A DNA stretch of 64,000 nt from the human T2T-CHM13v2.0 reference genome, Homo sapiens (GCF_009914755.1 NC_060933.1), one strand, 5' to 3'. Positions 28,381 through 42,291 are shown, numbered from the stretch's first letter. The notes: generated by a model from the letters alone, not told the origin. A program made the numbers and translations.

Positions 28381-28908
28381 ACCCTCCTGCTTTGTTATTG
28401 ATAAGGGATTATGTGTCTGCATGCCCCCCTCCCCCATGTTAGTTTTGAGGCCCCACTCACTTTAGAGCACTTTAGAATTATTTGTCAAATTCCAGTGAAG
28501 TTGAGGATGCAAACCTAGTCTTCACTTAGCATTGTAACTCAAGGTTGCCCTAGAAGGCACATTTGACATGAATTCTGCAAGTTGGAGGAAGAGCGCGACT
28601 TCTGAAGAGAACACCAATCCAGGAGGGCAGGAAGATACCCAGACTTTGGAATGTGCTGTCTGAAATTTTGACTGTGGAGAAGTGGAGTGGCTTTTCCCCA
28701 GGGTCCTGAGGCTTGAAAAAGTGTCCATTACCCTCTTTCAAAGGCTTAGAGGAGACATTCACAGCAGCTCTCCAGGCCTCCTGCTACCCAGATTGGTTTG
28801 CTGGCAGAGACTTGGCCATTGCCTTTTAGGACAGATTCCAGAAACAATCATGAAAGGAAGGGCGGTATGCCTCCACTTCATGTAGTTATCTCGTTTAATT
28901 GTCATGAC

Positions 28909-29256
28909 TATCTTAGTTTGTTCGGGGTGCTATGATAAACTACCATAAACTGGGTAGCTTAAGTAGAAATTTATTTCTCACAGTTCTGGGGGCTGGGAAG
29001 TCTAAAAACAAGGTGCCTCTATTAGATGCTTGATGAGTGCCTGATTCATAGATGATGCCTTCTTGCTGTCCTTACATGGTGAAAGGGGCAGAGGAGCTTC
29101 TCTAGGCCTATTTTATAAGGGTGCTAATCTTATTTCTGAGGCTCTACCCTCCTGACCCAATCACTTCTTAAAGGCACAGCCTCCAAATACCATCACCTCA
29201 GGGGTTAGGTTTCACCATATGACTTTTGATGGGACACAGACATTCAGACTATAGCA
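28909..29256 (-). mobile_element. MLT1A-like LTR inserted into a MIR (about 28880-29380)
   Basis: tatcttagtttgttcggggtgcta...gacacagacattcagactatagca. 5-bp TSD atgac/gtgac; the MIR core resumes after the LTR. Confidence 0.85.
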
Positions 29257-31700
29257 GTGACAATCCTGTAGGCGAAATATCCTTATCTCCGTTTTATAGG
29301 TATGACAAAGCCCCAAGGGGTTAACTTGCTAGGAGTCACACAGTTGATAAATGTTGGAGCTGAGGATTGAAACCTCATGAGTGCATGTGTATTCCCTTCC
29401 CTTCCCTTTAGACTCTACTCTCTAATCTCAGTGCTGGCTATAAAGCTGGTGCCTTTTTCACTGTTGTGTTTCCAGTGTCTAAAACATTACCAACACAGAA
29501 TAGCTATTCAACTTATGTCACGGGATTCTTCTGGTATTACAACGTGAATCTCTGCTTGTGAAGTCGTTGTTATTCTTCAGATAGAGGAATAAAGACTCAT
29601 TTTTCCATCTGCCTGCTAGCATTGAAAACCCTTAGGCAGAATCTCCCCCACCCAACCTCTGTGGTCTAGCTGGCCCTGTCAAGCCTGCTAATAACCTCTC
29701 CAGTCTACTCTCTATTCTCAGTGGAGGAAGGTCAGTGGGTATCTGTTTTAGAAATGTTGTCAGTGGCTCAAATGTCTGTGACATGCCATTTGTTTAATCC
29801 CATGCTCCTGGATACTTGCTTGTACACATTAGGTTGTGGGATCTTCTGCGTTTCAATTACTATACCCTGGAAGTTTATAAACCATAAGACTTACCAGATA
29901 GCAGACTGTTGGCTGTGTTAGCAGAGAGCTGTCCTGCGGTGGGACATGCATGCACACATGCCACACGTGTGCATGCATGGAAAGAGAGAGACAAACTCAA
30001 CCACAAAAGTTGTACCTCTGCTTTGAGTTATTTTAATCTTCCTTCATTTGTTCAGCAAACACTTATGAATTGTCCTTGCATTAAAAAGTGCATCATGTCC
30101 TTCGAGCCATATTTAGTATTAAATAGCAAAAGCGCATCACTGAGCTAGCATTCTTTTTAATAAAATAGTGATTGATCAAATGGCATTCACCTCATTTCTC
30201 TGTGTGGTGAGTGAGAGTATTTTCTTGCAGTCCATTTTCAGCATGCTGCTATTACTGCACCACTTAGCTTGATGCCAAATTGCAGTTGGCTCCATTCATT
30301 TCTGTTTACTGAGTAGCGCTGTAGTGATTAAATGTCACTGGGTACACCAAGTATACAAAAGTAATTAACCTAAAAGGACATGTTAGAATAAGGGTCAACA
30401 ACCTCTTTAGCCCACAGTGCCACCAGCAAGACAGAGTATTGACAGAGGTATTGCTGGCAGGGCAAGGGCGGAGGGGGGAGTGTGGAGAACGGAAAAGAGA
30501 GAAGCGAATGGAAGGAGAAAGAGGGAGAGGGAAAGGTCAGAGAAACAGGAGCGATAGACCAGGACTCACAATTGTCTGAAATGGCAAGTAGAATGGAGCT
30601 AAGATATTTTTCATCAGTCCTTTATAATTTAGTTCTCTGACCTGTGATCTTTTGCTGGGGGAGGGTGAGAGATTAGATCATAACTGGACTTACCTTTCAA
30701 CATTTTAGCACTGGTTAGTGGAGTGCTCTTGTCTGGTTAGACCAGAGTAATTTTGGCACATGCTTGGTGAATCAACCTGTTCTTCCAGTGTTTTTTGTTT
30801 CCTCAAAGTCTCCTGCATCTTAGATCTTGTTGTCATGTGAAAGCTCGAAATCGTTTCTGTAGAATGAACTGAAATTGTATCTCTTAAGTATCTATGTCTC
30901 ATTTATTTTCATTCCTCAGCATACTGAAGTTACTATCAGTCACAACTGATACTAATAATGCTTTATGTTGCTTTACATAATAAAAATTTACATAAAGCAC
31001 CAGGTAGTCATCTATGACTTAAATATCAACCAATGTAAACATCTTCCTTAAAAAACAAGTATTATATCTGTCTGCCTTATATTTGGCTTTTTCTTTCATC
31101 ATCTGTGTGTGGTGACTTACTAACCAGAAAAAAAAAAAAGCAGGGGGGAGGACTAAGGATGTTTTTCCTTTTACCACATACCTCCTTGGGGGATAAACAT
31201 TTCAAGGAGCTCCCCAGGGTCACTATTCTCTAAATGAGCAGCACAGAAAAACTGCTGATGCGTGCATTCTTCCCTGGGTCTGTCAGGCAGGATTCCTTTA
31301 AATCCTGTCTTTTCAGTGGTCAGACTTAAGTAAGATTTGTTTCCCTGTGGTCACAGACAGCTGAGGAGTGTGTGATGAGAGACAAGGAAAGGGATAACCT
31401 GTTGAAAACTTTCCCTCTTATAGGAAAGATTAATTTCTATTACAATTTTTAAAAAGGTGGCCTTCATACATTTATCCAACAATGAATATTCATTGCATGC
31501 CCACCCAGAGGCCAGGACTGGGCACTGACCTTGGGGGAGGGGCCTGCATCCTTGATTGGTGAGGAGAGCAGCAGTGAAAAGGCACCAGCTTTAACTGTCT
31601 TTTCAACATAGTTCTGAAAATTATCTTGTCACCCTATTACTTTCAAAATTACTATTTTTGAAGGCTGCCTCCCTCCTTTGGTGTGCCTACAAATGCATAT

Positions 31701-31725
31701 CACACACACACACACACACACACAC
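31701..31725. repeat. (CA)n microsatellite
   Basis: Seen directly in the sequence. Confidence 0.95.
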
Positions 31726-32371
31726 CACTGTTCTTGTATTACAGGCATTATATTAAGCACTGAGGATGCAAAGAAATAAGACACAATAGTGCATGACCTT
31801 TAGGAATGCATAATCTCCTATCTTAATATAATGAACATAATATGGTAACATGAAGCATACATGAGCAGAACCAAGTTTTGTGCCCATTCATTTGTTCAGC
31901 AGCTGTCAATTAAAACACCGAAGTACTGGATTTTCGTGGTGATCCAAACGGGCGTGGTCCTTGCCTTCATGGAGCTTCTAGTCAAGTAGATGAGATAAAT
32001 AATCAAAAGAGTAGCCACAGCCACAGTGCTGGGAAGGAAGCACACAAGGGAGTGTGTTAGAGATCGGCTGGAGGGAGCTCCTTGGATAGCATTACAGATA
32101 AGACCTTTCTGAAGATGTGACATTTAAGCTGAAACATAAAAGATGAAAAGATGCTAGCCACTCAGGCTGGGAAAGAGAGTTCTTGGCAGAAGTCTGCACA
32201 GAGGCTCTGAAGGATGAAAACGTTTGGGTTGTCTGATGCTCTGAGAAGGAAATTTTCAGATCAGATTGGAGAAGGTGGGCAGGAGCTAGATGACACCTGC
32301 TACTTATATCAAGTGTGAGATGTTTGTCTTAATGGGTGTTGATTTCTGTTGTGACTCTGAGAACTTTTAGA

Positions 32372-32685
32372 CCTGTGTTGTCTGACATGGTAACCACAAG
32401 CCACATGTGGCTTTTCAGCAGCAGCAATGTGGCCAGTCCAAATTGAGGTGTACTGTTGTCAGTATAAAATGCACATCAGATTTTGAACAGTTAGTACTAA
32501 AAAAAATGTAAAATGTCACATAATTTTCATATTAATATGTGTATTGACATGGTATTTTTTGAAGTATTGGATTAAATAGATGACCACAGTTAATTTTACT
32601 GTTATACATTTAAAAAAATCTGACTATCCGAAAAGTGTAAAATACATAGGTGGTTCACATTATATTTCTGTCTGTCAGCGCCATT
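32372..32685. mobile_element. MER33-like hAT-Charlie element
   Basis: ctgtgttgtctgacatggtaaccacaagccacatgtggc...ggttcacattatatttctgt. Confidence 0.7.
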
Positions 32686-35600
32686 CTAAAGAATAACTTT
32701 AATATTTTAATGAAGGCCCTTAAGACCAATCAGTTAAGCGATAATTGAAAACTGTTTAGCCCTTTTGTGGTGATATGAAGAAGACCAGAGTTCCTGATTA
32801 GCGACCTTAAAACTTATTAGGCAGCCTTCCTTTAAATTGATATATTGTCATTTCTTTCTTTGTTCCTGTTGTATTACCCTCAGACATTGTATAGAGTATA
32901 TTTGCATACAGAATACATAAGAATATATATGAGAATCTGTGGAGTTAACACTCTTTGGAAAAAAAAGTTTAGCCTTTCAAATAGATTAAAGCAGTTTACT
33001 GGAAAAAAAAAATAGCAACATGAAAAGACTTTCTTTTCTAATAAATGTTAATAGTTACTAAAATGAAGATTCTGGTCCATTAAGATACAGCTTGCCAAGT
33101 CCTAAAGCTTAGTAACTTATTTCTCTGAGCTGTTACCCTACTTCAGCTTTGTCAAAGCAGCTGTTATGCTTGTGTTGATATTTTCATTCAAAAACAGAGC
33201 ACAGTGCAGGGATAGGTATAAAGCCAGTGCACCTTCCGTGAACATCCAGGAAAGAGATTTTTGCCGACCCTCTCCACTTTTGTTTTTAGGGCAGTCAAAC
33301 TCATGTACCACATGAGATTTGCCAGTGAGACTTAGTAACATTGGTTATAAAGCAGTAGGTGAATGAGTGGTTTATGATATGTTTTACAGGTCATATACTG
33401 AAAAAAATAATTCCAGAAGAAAGTGGCCAGTGCATGTAACTGTAATTTACAGAGTTAGCATACAAGATTTATAGAATTTATATTAAGGAGAGCGAGAATT
33501 CTTGCTGGAGAACAAATGGACACAGAAATGTTAGACTTTGCAAACTTTGAGGAGGTCCATTGGATTGAAAAGTGCGAAATGACTTTGGGGTGATAGGTAG
33601 TTTAAACGATGAACACAATACAAAGTTGTATGCAGTTGGCAATTTTTATTACAATTTCTGTTAGACTGTTAATACCATGCCATCTCTAATGATCAGGAGA
33701 GGGATTACTTGATTAATTCAGCTTGTACTTTGGATTCTTCTCTCCATCAGTGGTGAGGGGTTGTACTTGTTCCAACTCATTCATCTACTTTCTTCCTTGT
33801 GTGGCCCAACACTTGCACCACATGCAGACTAGCTTTCAAGAGAGGGCAACTAAGCTCCCTACATAAGAATCAACCCTGTGTCTTTGGCATCAAAGCATCA
33901 TGTCCCAGCAGCTCAGTTTGTCAGCTAAAGTAACTGTGTTCAATGAAATTTCTGGGGTGGAGCCAATAGCTTTATTCCAGGAAGAGGAAGCAACAGTGAA
34001 GAAACCCCCGAGAGGACATTAAGATAATGTTCTAATTTAAAATCAATTTTATTGATATCTTATAAATTATTAGAGCGTTTTATACTGACCAAGCAATACA
34101 TAATGCTGAGGCCATGAAAACAGAACATGAATGAATTAATATTGAAGTGCTGTATTTTCTACTACACATGAAGAAAAAAATATGTAATACTTTTGTATCC
34201 TAAGTATTTTGACTCAAGGAGCCCTACTGAAAAACAAGGTGTATATTTCATTCTTCAAGGTGTGTATTAATATTTTATTCAAGACATTTCATGTGTTTCT
34301 GTACTTAGTGGGTTAAATACTTGTTGAATGAGTCCATAAGCAGACAAAAAATATGCGGTTGTTTCCACATTTGCCAAAAGGGAATAGCTGTCTATGGGGG
34401 CTTACTAGTACTAGATGCTAGGTTGAATTCTTCTTTATCCTTATGGCAACTTACAAGGAAGTGCTGCTAACACCCTCGTCTTACCTACTGGAGAAATGGA
34501 AGCTTAAAGAGGTTCATGAATTTTCCCAAGGTCACATAGCAAGTGTTACAGCCTGGTCTTGAACCCAAGGCTGTCTGACTTTTATACCTGTAGCATAACC
34601 ATTGTAGACACTGCCTCTCTTCTGTTATTCTTCTGACTGTTGGTTCCTCTGGTTTGATAATATTTTGATTACCTGCAAAAGAAATTTACCTTGATCCAGG
34701 TTTCTCTTACCAGTAGAGAAGCAGAGACAAAAACAATAGAACATTTTAAAGAATATATTGTTCATGAAATGTTACAGAAGGTGAAACATTTGTTAAGAAT
34801 AGATTCATTACTTTATATGGAGATTATATTAAATCTTCTTTTAACAAGGGCAGGGCTTTAGAAAGTCCCAGTCATTTTTGAAGGTGAGTTTTGATTTATG
34901 TTAATTTGAAAAAAGCAAGTTCTGTGAGAGTTTTATACAGATTGTGCTTTTAATGACTTCCTTAATCAAGCAGGTTATAAAAAAGAAAAACCTCTTACTG
35001 TGATGAGCAGTAAACTGACACCAGTGACTGGCTCAGTCAGAGCTCTACTATATTCAAGTTTTTTACCACCAGCATGCTATAAATTTTAAGTTCATTTACA
35101 TAAATTTACATGTGTTATGTGTTAGTATGTGAGACTTGTGCATTTTGACCAAGTAATTTTCATTTTAAAGGTTTTATATTTACTTTTTTCCAATTGAGGA
35201 TTATTTCTTATATATATATACATATATATATATATATGTATATCCTGGTGGTTTCCCTGTAAATGAGATAATAATATGTTAAAATGTTTTATCAGTTATA
35301 AAGAGCTCAATGAATGGGAAAATAAACATTTTGTGTAATTCTGTACAATAAAATCCAAGCAGAACTAGCTGGGTTATGGTACAACAGTAGTTTGATGTAC
35401 GTAGGTTTATTCAGGATATTACTTTCCAAACTTACTCAAAGTAGTTCCAAAAAAACAGAAATACAGTGCTTTGTGGTCTGGTGAACATGATCAACTCTTT
35501 GGATGATTCATGACTATAGAGTCACCAGTGTTCATTTTTATTTTTGACATGGGTCTTTTGCTTTTCTAAGGGGTTGCAGAGGAAAATATGATTGAGGACT

Positions 35601-38600
35601 TTGGTTATGGCATCAGTAAAGGATCTACAGGGGCCTTCTTCAGCTTTCTGTCTTCTGTGCCTCCACCCCTGTCCCCATCACCAAAAACAAACTCAACTTG
35701 AATCGTCCCTGACTCTGATTAATGTTTGAGAATTCCTATAGTGACTGAACTATAGTTAAGAGTAACTATAATTTATCGTCTAAACTTGGCCATTTTTGAG
35801 AGTGAAGGGAAGTCTGGACAACAGGTGTAGAAAGGGCAAACCGGGACTTGCAATTACCCTTGACATATTTTAGTGGTACCTTCTGACTCCTCATTATCCC
35901 ATTTATCTGTTTGAAAACTGATTTACCCTTTTGTACCGTGTGGATACGATTTTTGAAGGCCATAGCTGATGAGCAAACAAGCCATAACGAATGAGTTTTA
36001 GGCTGCTTGATCATGGTTTCCATGCGACCTTTAGCATGTTCTTTCTGGTTGTTATCGTCTATGGGCAGGGAAGTCTAAGCACTGCACCTGTGTGAATGGA
36101 AAGCAAAATTGGCATGGTGTGCATTTGAAATCAAATTAGAAAGTCCATTGTGGAGATGGTATTTGCAGTCTTGCCTCTGTGCAGTATTGAACCAAAACCT
36201 TATCGTGATTGTTGAAAGGAGAAAAGTTTTGGTGAATAGTAGCATATTAAAACCCTATAATTATGGGGCATCAGAATATCTATGCTGGGGGAAGTCCTAC
36301 ACAAATGTCTAGAAAAGACCTAACATAAGGTTTAAAATAGAAGATCCACACTAGGTCACCATCCCAATCTCTAAAGTAAGTAGAATCAACTGGAGTCCAG
36401 TATACAGTGATAGGACTAAGTTGCACTGTTGAGGGGCTAGGCTATGTGCCTGGGACTGCGCGTTGTACTTTATGTGGATTATTTTTCTTGGTCTTCAAAG
36501 CAGCCCGTGGGGCTGAGAATGGTGTGTTGTTACCCCAGACTAAAGAGAGGCTGAGACTAAGCAACATCCCTTACGGCTATTAAGTGAAGACTCTAGACTC
36601 ACACCAGGCAGTCTGACTCCAGAGAGATGCTCTTGCCTGCTATTAAAATCTGTGCTCCCTGTTATTAAAATTAGCTAATTATAACAACAGCATCTTCTTT
36701 TGGAGGGGGAAGTTACTTTATAGAAGTCTTTCTCATACATTGTCATCTTTGATCTTGAGGTGGCAGAGGAGTAAAGGTGGAGGGGTGGGGCCTTCCCTTT
36801 CAAGTTGCTGGAGGTGTCAGTTTTCCATCTGACTTGGTCAACAGCCCTAGTAAAGTCTGGGATGGTCTTTAATCTAGGAACTAGAATCTTCTCATAGTGA
36901 AATTAGAACCTGATTATAGCTTTTTAAAGCTTACCTTTTGCTACCAAAGCAATTGGGGTTTCCATGTAATAAGTCTTTTAATCCTTTAGTATTTTTTTCT
37001 TGGTTTCTCCTTGTTTTCCTGCTCTTTTTCTTAAACAGATCTACCCTGTTCTTTTTAAATATCCCAGCATAAGTGTTTACTTTTAAAATCCAGAGCTTTA
37101 CTAAACATTCACATTCAGGGTATTTTGCTTTCTCTGGATCAGCCATTGCTTGTGACCGTGACTCTCCAATCATAACAGATTTGCTGAGATACACACACAC
37201 ATACACACACACACGCACACTCAAACTGTAGTGAGAAAGACTTGTGTTTAATCCTTCTAAATTTGTAGATTTATAGGGTCACAATGCAGCTTCAGTAAGT
37301 TTCTTATGTAGTAAACTTGAGAAATATCTAAATTGAGCTTTTAAAATAATAATAGAGAAATAAAAAATAATAAAATAAAAAGCTTTTCTAGTAAAAGCAT
37401 GACTTTATCGGTATTTATTTAATTCCTCTTATTCACATGCCTAGCAAAGATCCAAGTGGCATTCCTGTGGCAGAATGGTGGACTTACAAGATTCATGATG
37501 AGAGTCTGTGCCAAGTCCAATTTGATTCCAGAGTAATTATGTTATTAGAACATTGCTGATTGCCCCAGTGCCCACTGTGCAGCTTAACCTTTAAATGCTA
37601 GTGATAATTAACTACTTTATCATTCTACCAAGAAACTCCAACATGTAACTCTGTTCTACAGTCAACTTCAAAAATACAACGCTGCCTGCAAAACCGGAAA
37701 CAGCTAGCTTAAGAAAAATATAAAGTATTTGGTTGTACATATGAGCCAATAAATGAACATAAAATCTAAATCTAAATAGGCATTACCTTTTAGTATTTTT
37801 AAGAAATTGTTTTGTTTAGAAATTTTTCCTCTTAAACAATGTGGAAATAACTTTCAATAGAATATAGCAGAATCAGAGAATTGTTAATAAAAGATATATA
37901 TACTCCATTTTTCTTCTTTTTGTAAAATATGAAATTAGCCAGATTTAGTGCATCTAAAGGTAAGTAAAGGAGCAAAGGTGAGGAAGGGGCTGAATTGCCA
38001 TATTACCGATTCCAAGGGCACCACAACACAAATCTTACTCTAGTGAATGGTCTCCCATGGAATTGTTCATCCTAGTGATGCTCAGAAAAGGAATGTATCA
38101 TAAGAGATTTGGAGTGAGATTGAGGCGTGCAGAGGGGATGTTCAGCCATTTGTGTTGAGAAATATTTCTGGGCAGTTCCCTTCTGCTCATGATGCTAGGT
38201 GCCCCACCCTCAGGGAACCCACAGCCTAAAGTGGGAAGTGGCCTTGTAAACACAGCAATAAATTTGTTGTGAGTGCTTTACTCATTGGAGGAACAAAATG
38301 TTAAGGGAACAAAGAGGAATGAATGATTAATTCTGCCTGACAGCATCTGAGGAAGCTTTGAAAGGTGACATTAGAGCTGATTCTTAAGGATAGTGGGGGA
38401 TTTCAAAAGATAGATCTTGAGAAAATAGTCATTGCCATAAGCCAGGAAAAAAGGCTACAGGTGCAACGAAAATACACAGAGCCCAGGGGAACACTGGCTT
38501 ATAGTGCTGATGTAGGATACAAGGCCAGGACTCTGGATTGGGGTGTGGAGTGAGGACTTTGGAAAACAGCCATACTCAGAAATTTGGAATTTTTTTCCCC

Positions 38601-40382
38601 CTGTGAACAGTAGGAAACTGTCCTTTTAAAAGAGGAGTTAAAACAGGCTGAACCTCTCTTTGGGAAGTATGAATTCCAGAAGTGAGGTGGATAGACTGGA
38701 GAGGGGAAAACTAGAAACGGGATTGAGGCATGAAGTATGGTAGATAGTAACCCACAGATGATGATTGCATGCATGGTTTCAGTGGTCATGAAAACCTACT
38801 GAGTGCATTGGGTTGTGTGAAAGCAAAGCAGAAGTGTTGACCCAAGTCTCATGGCTTGGGAGTGAGGTTTGGAACTCAGCAGAGATACACAAAAGTCAAG
38901 AAGTAGTCCACTTTAAAAAATCGTTTGGCTCGTAATGTTTTGTGTCAATCTTCAGCCTTACTGAATAATGCCTGCAGTCTTTTCTGCCACTAAGTTTAAG
39001 GCTGAACGTTTGATAGGGCTAGGGCTAGAGTATTCATATAAAACCTCAAGAGGGGCTGGCACAGCAGGGACGGATTTAGAGGTCCCCAGCCCGCCCAGTG
39101 GGCACCCACTCACTGGTCCCATCTCTCTCCCCCACCAAACTCCCACCTGCACATCTTTGGAGCTTGTAATAAAGAGTTGCCATCACCACAGGTATGAAGA
39201 AAGACCATCAATCTTCTTAACAATGTGCTTTGGAAGTTCAGAAATGCCACAAAAGAGATTGTGACATTAAGGCTCAGTGGAAATAAAATGGAACATAGAC
39301 CCAAAAGTTCTGGGTAACACACTTTCTCTCATAGTTAATTAAAAGGGCCTCGTAAATGTTGTATGTTTTTATAAACATCAGTTATTACCAACAGACTAAG
39401 ATAAAGCAAAAAAAAAAACCCGTTCAAAGAGTTAGTCTTATATGAAATAAATTTATAAATGAGGAAGAGCTTTCCTGACCAGTTTTCTGAATTGATTTGC
39501 ATGCCAGACAGAGACGTTCCAGTGGTGATTGTTCTTCCTATAACTTTTTTTCCATAGAGATTTTCAGATATTCTTTCTACTACTCTCCAAGATCAGCCCT
39601 TTGTTACCCTGGGTTAGGGTCATTCACACTTGGGAGCCCTGCCCTGGTGCCCTGCCAAGGGACTGTGTTACTCAGGTTTTTGCCATTCACCACTCAGCAG
39701 CATAGCGCAGCCCTCAGTCCAGCTCCCGCTCTCCCACCTCACCTGCATTTAGATCTTTTCTTTGGTCTGTCTGAAGCTTAGTCACTAGGCAGTTGTTAAG
39801 ATTGTTCCAGTTTTCATTGGCACTTTTTTCACTTCTTCATCCATGATTTTAAGCTCTCATATTATCTAAATGTGCCCAATAACCACCTGACCTTCATGGC
39901 AGATAGAGTCATTCTCTGCTTCAGGTCTTGTCACCCACGTCTCTTGTGTGTATAGGAGACTTCTCCAGTTGAGAGCTCCTTGAAAGCAGAGGTGAAGCAT
40001 ACAGGCTGAGCCTAAGTGTGGTCCCAAGAGGCATGGAGCATCTTTCTCCATTCCCTGGCCCCAGTGGCATTCCTAGGTTTCCAGACATTGAAAGGTGTGG
40101 GTTCATGAAAACTATAGGAGTGAGAAAGGAATAATACGCATTTCTGCAGGTGGTGTTTTTCCTGCCACTCTGTATCTTCCAGGCCCTAACATATGGCGCT
40201 GAGCAAAACTTCATAAATATGACCTATATGTCACATGACTGCCATCTTTGGTTGCTCAAATCCCCCAAAATTACTTTCCCCCCTTTTTTTTTCATTGACT
40301 TACTAATTACCTCTTAAAAGCTCTACTTTATAGTTTTTCTATAGAAGCTTGAAATGCTGGCTTCCCATTAGCCAGCAAACTT

Positions 40383-40414
<32 letters not shown>

Positions 40415-40469
40415 CCTGGCTTTTTCTCCTTCCCTTTTTTCTCATATATGCTTCCTTTCCCAACTTTCT

Positions 40470-40761
40470 TTCTTTTTTTTGAGACAGAGTTTCACTCTGT
40501 CGCCCAGGCTGGAATGCAGTGGCGCCATCTTGGCTCACTGCAGCATCTGCCTCCCGGGTTCAAGCAGTTCTCCTGCCTCAGCCTCCTGAGTAGCTGGGAC
40601 TGCAGGCACGCCACCATGCCCAGCTAATTTGTTTTGTCTTTTTAGTGGAGATGGGGTTTCACCATGTTGGCCAGGATGGTCTCGACCTCCTGACCTTGTG
40701 ATCTGCCCGCCTTGGCTTCCCAAAGTACTGGGATTACAGGTGTGAATCACCATGCCCAGCC
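40470..40761 (-). mobile_element. Alu (AluSc-like)
   Basis: Alu dimer. TSD cctttcccaa(c/g)tttct at 40454-40469 and 40762-40777. Confidence 0.95.
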
Positions 40762-41131
40762 CCTTTCCCAAGTTTCTAAAGGCACTTCAACAGTACAATA
40801 TATCCGTAAAACCAAACCCATTCTGTTTTGAGTTTACACTAATTCCTGCCACCCTTTTTATTTCCTCTCCTCCCTCTGTCCCATCTCTCTGCCTCTTCTC
40901 GTTTTTTCTTTCTTTCCCATTATCTTTCCCCCTTGTCTTTTGCTACTTGTCTTTCCCTTTATATCCCTGTTTTCTTCCTTTCGTCTCCTCCGCTTTCTCC
41001 TATCTCCTCTTAACAGCTTTGCAAGTATATGCTAAAGAATAAAAAGAAAAGAAAGTCTCAAGTGACTTAAAAATCACTCGGCTAAATAGATGATAATTTC
41101 TCAACCATGCTTCCTCTCCTTCTAATTCCAG

Positions 41132-41251
41132 AGCTCTTCAGTATCCCCATCAGCCAGTTTCCGAGGTGCTGAGAAGCACAGAAACTCCGCAGACTACTCC
41201 TCAGAGAGCAAAAAGCAGAAAACTGAAGAAAAGGAAATTGCAGCTCGTTAT
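41132..41251 (+). CDS. TLE4: TLE4 coding exon (probably exon 9), start of CcN domain with basic NLS: [40 protein letters not shown]
   Basis: Acceptor ttccag|, donor |gtaagt, 120 nt, phase 0-0. Translation matches recalled TLE4 sequence. Confidence 0.97.
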
Positions 41252-42008
41252 GTAAGTTCATTCACCTTTGTGTTAGGGGAGGCCAGCTTGCCTTTCTATC
41301 TGCAGCCATTTTACCCTTTGACTATTACCAGCCAACACAGGAACACAGGATAACATCCTTTAGGAGACAAAAAACATTTATTGTATTTATAGCTCTGTAG
41401 CCATTGGCTAGCTGAAGTCCTGTGTGTGTACAGATGCATGTGAGGATAGAATGCTTCATTGGGCAGCTAACAGAAGACCTGGATGATCCATATTATTGTT
41501 TCTATAGGTGTATTTGCTTCCCCATTCATTTCAGAGTGGTTGGATTTTCTGTGGTTAGCTGGAATTGTTAAGCAGAAAAATATAAAATCATAAAAAATGT
41601 GTTTAAATGCCTAGATGGATTCATGTGCTGAAGGATATACCAAATGTTGTGGAATAAAACATGGAGAGACATCCAAGATCATCCCTAGCCTGGAATGAAG
41701 CTCATTTTCCTTTAGTGGCTGGGCAGGTCACAGGAGTGAGATGGGGGAGCAAGCTGGATGGAGCAGTGTGGAGGCAGGCGGCCCCTGCTCTGCTTCCCTG
41801 CTGGTGTCCTACAGGGCCGCAGGCCTCATGAAAAGCTGGAAATCTGGATTTTTACCTCCCAATATGCAGTTTTTTAAAATACCAACAAACCAGACCACAC
41901 CTATCTGTAGGCCGGATTTAGCCTGGGCCTGTCAGTTTGCAGCCTCTACTCTAGAGTAATAAGCCAACCATCAGCTTCAAGTTTGTAACTGAAAAATGTA
42001 ATCAGGTC

Positions 42009-42052
42009 ACCCTCTTGGTGCAGTGGGTAGTGCATCAGTCTCATAATCTGAA
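42009..42052 (+). pseudogene. 3'-truncated tRNA-Met(CAT) retrocopy
   Basis: ACCCTCTTGGTGCAGTGGGTAGTGCATCAGTCTCATAATCTGAA matches the 5' 44 nt of recalled elongator tRNA-Met (GCCCTCTTAGCGCAGYGGGCAGCGCGTCAGTCTCATAATCTGAA). Anticodon CAT at 42042-42044. No T-arm. Confidence 0.8.
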
Positions 42053-42237
42053 AAATATATTACCCACCTCCATAGCATCATCATGAGGATTAAAGAAAAT
42101 AGGACATTGTCAAGTATTTAACACTGTTTGGTACAGCTCATCTTTATAAGATATGAGGAATTAGTCTGGACTTACTTAGGGTAAATGTGGTATGTTTTGT
42201 GAGGGGAGAAGATAATGCTTCTCACTTGTCAATGCAG

Positions 42238-42291
42238 GACAGCGATGGTGAGAAAAGTGATGACAACTTGGTGGTTGACGTTTCCAATGAG
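42238..42291 (+). CDS. TLE4: TLE4 coding exon (probably exon 10): DSDGEKSDDNLVVDVSNE, acidic CK2-site motif of CcN domain
   Basis: Acceptor atgcag|, donor |gtatgt, 54 nt. Motif is conserved across Groucho/TLE proteins. Confidence 0.97.

Noticed and set aside
37984-38075. Possible MER91-like fragment (and a MER45-like fragment at about 41790-41950)
   Set aside because: The resemblance is too degraded to assign a family without a Dfam search.
42009-42080. Functional tRNA-Met gene
   Set aside because: It lacks the T-arm/B-box and the 3' acceptor strand, so it cannot fold into a cloverleaf.
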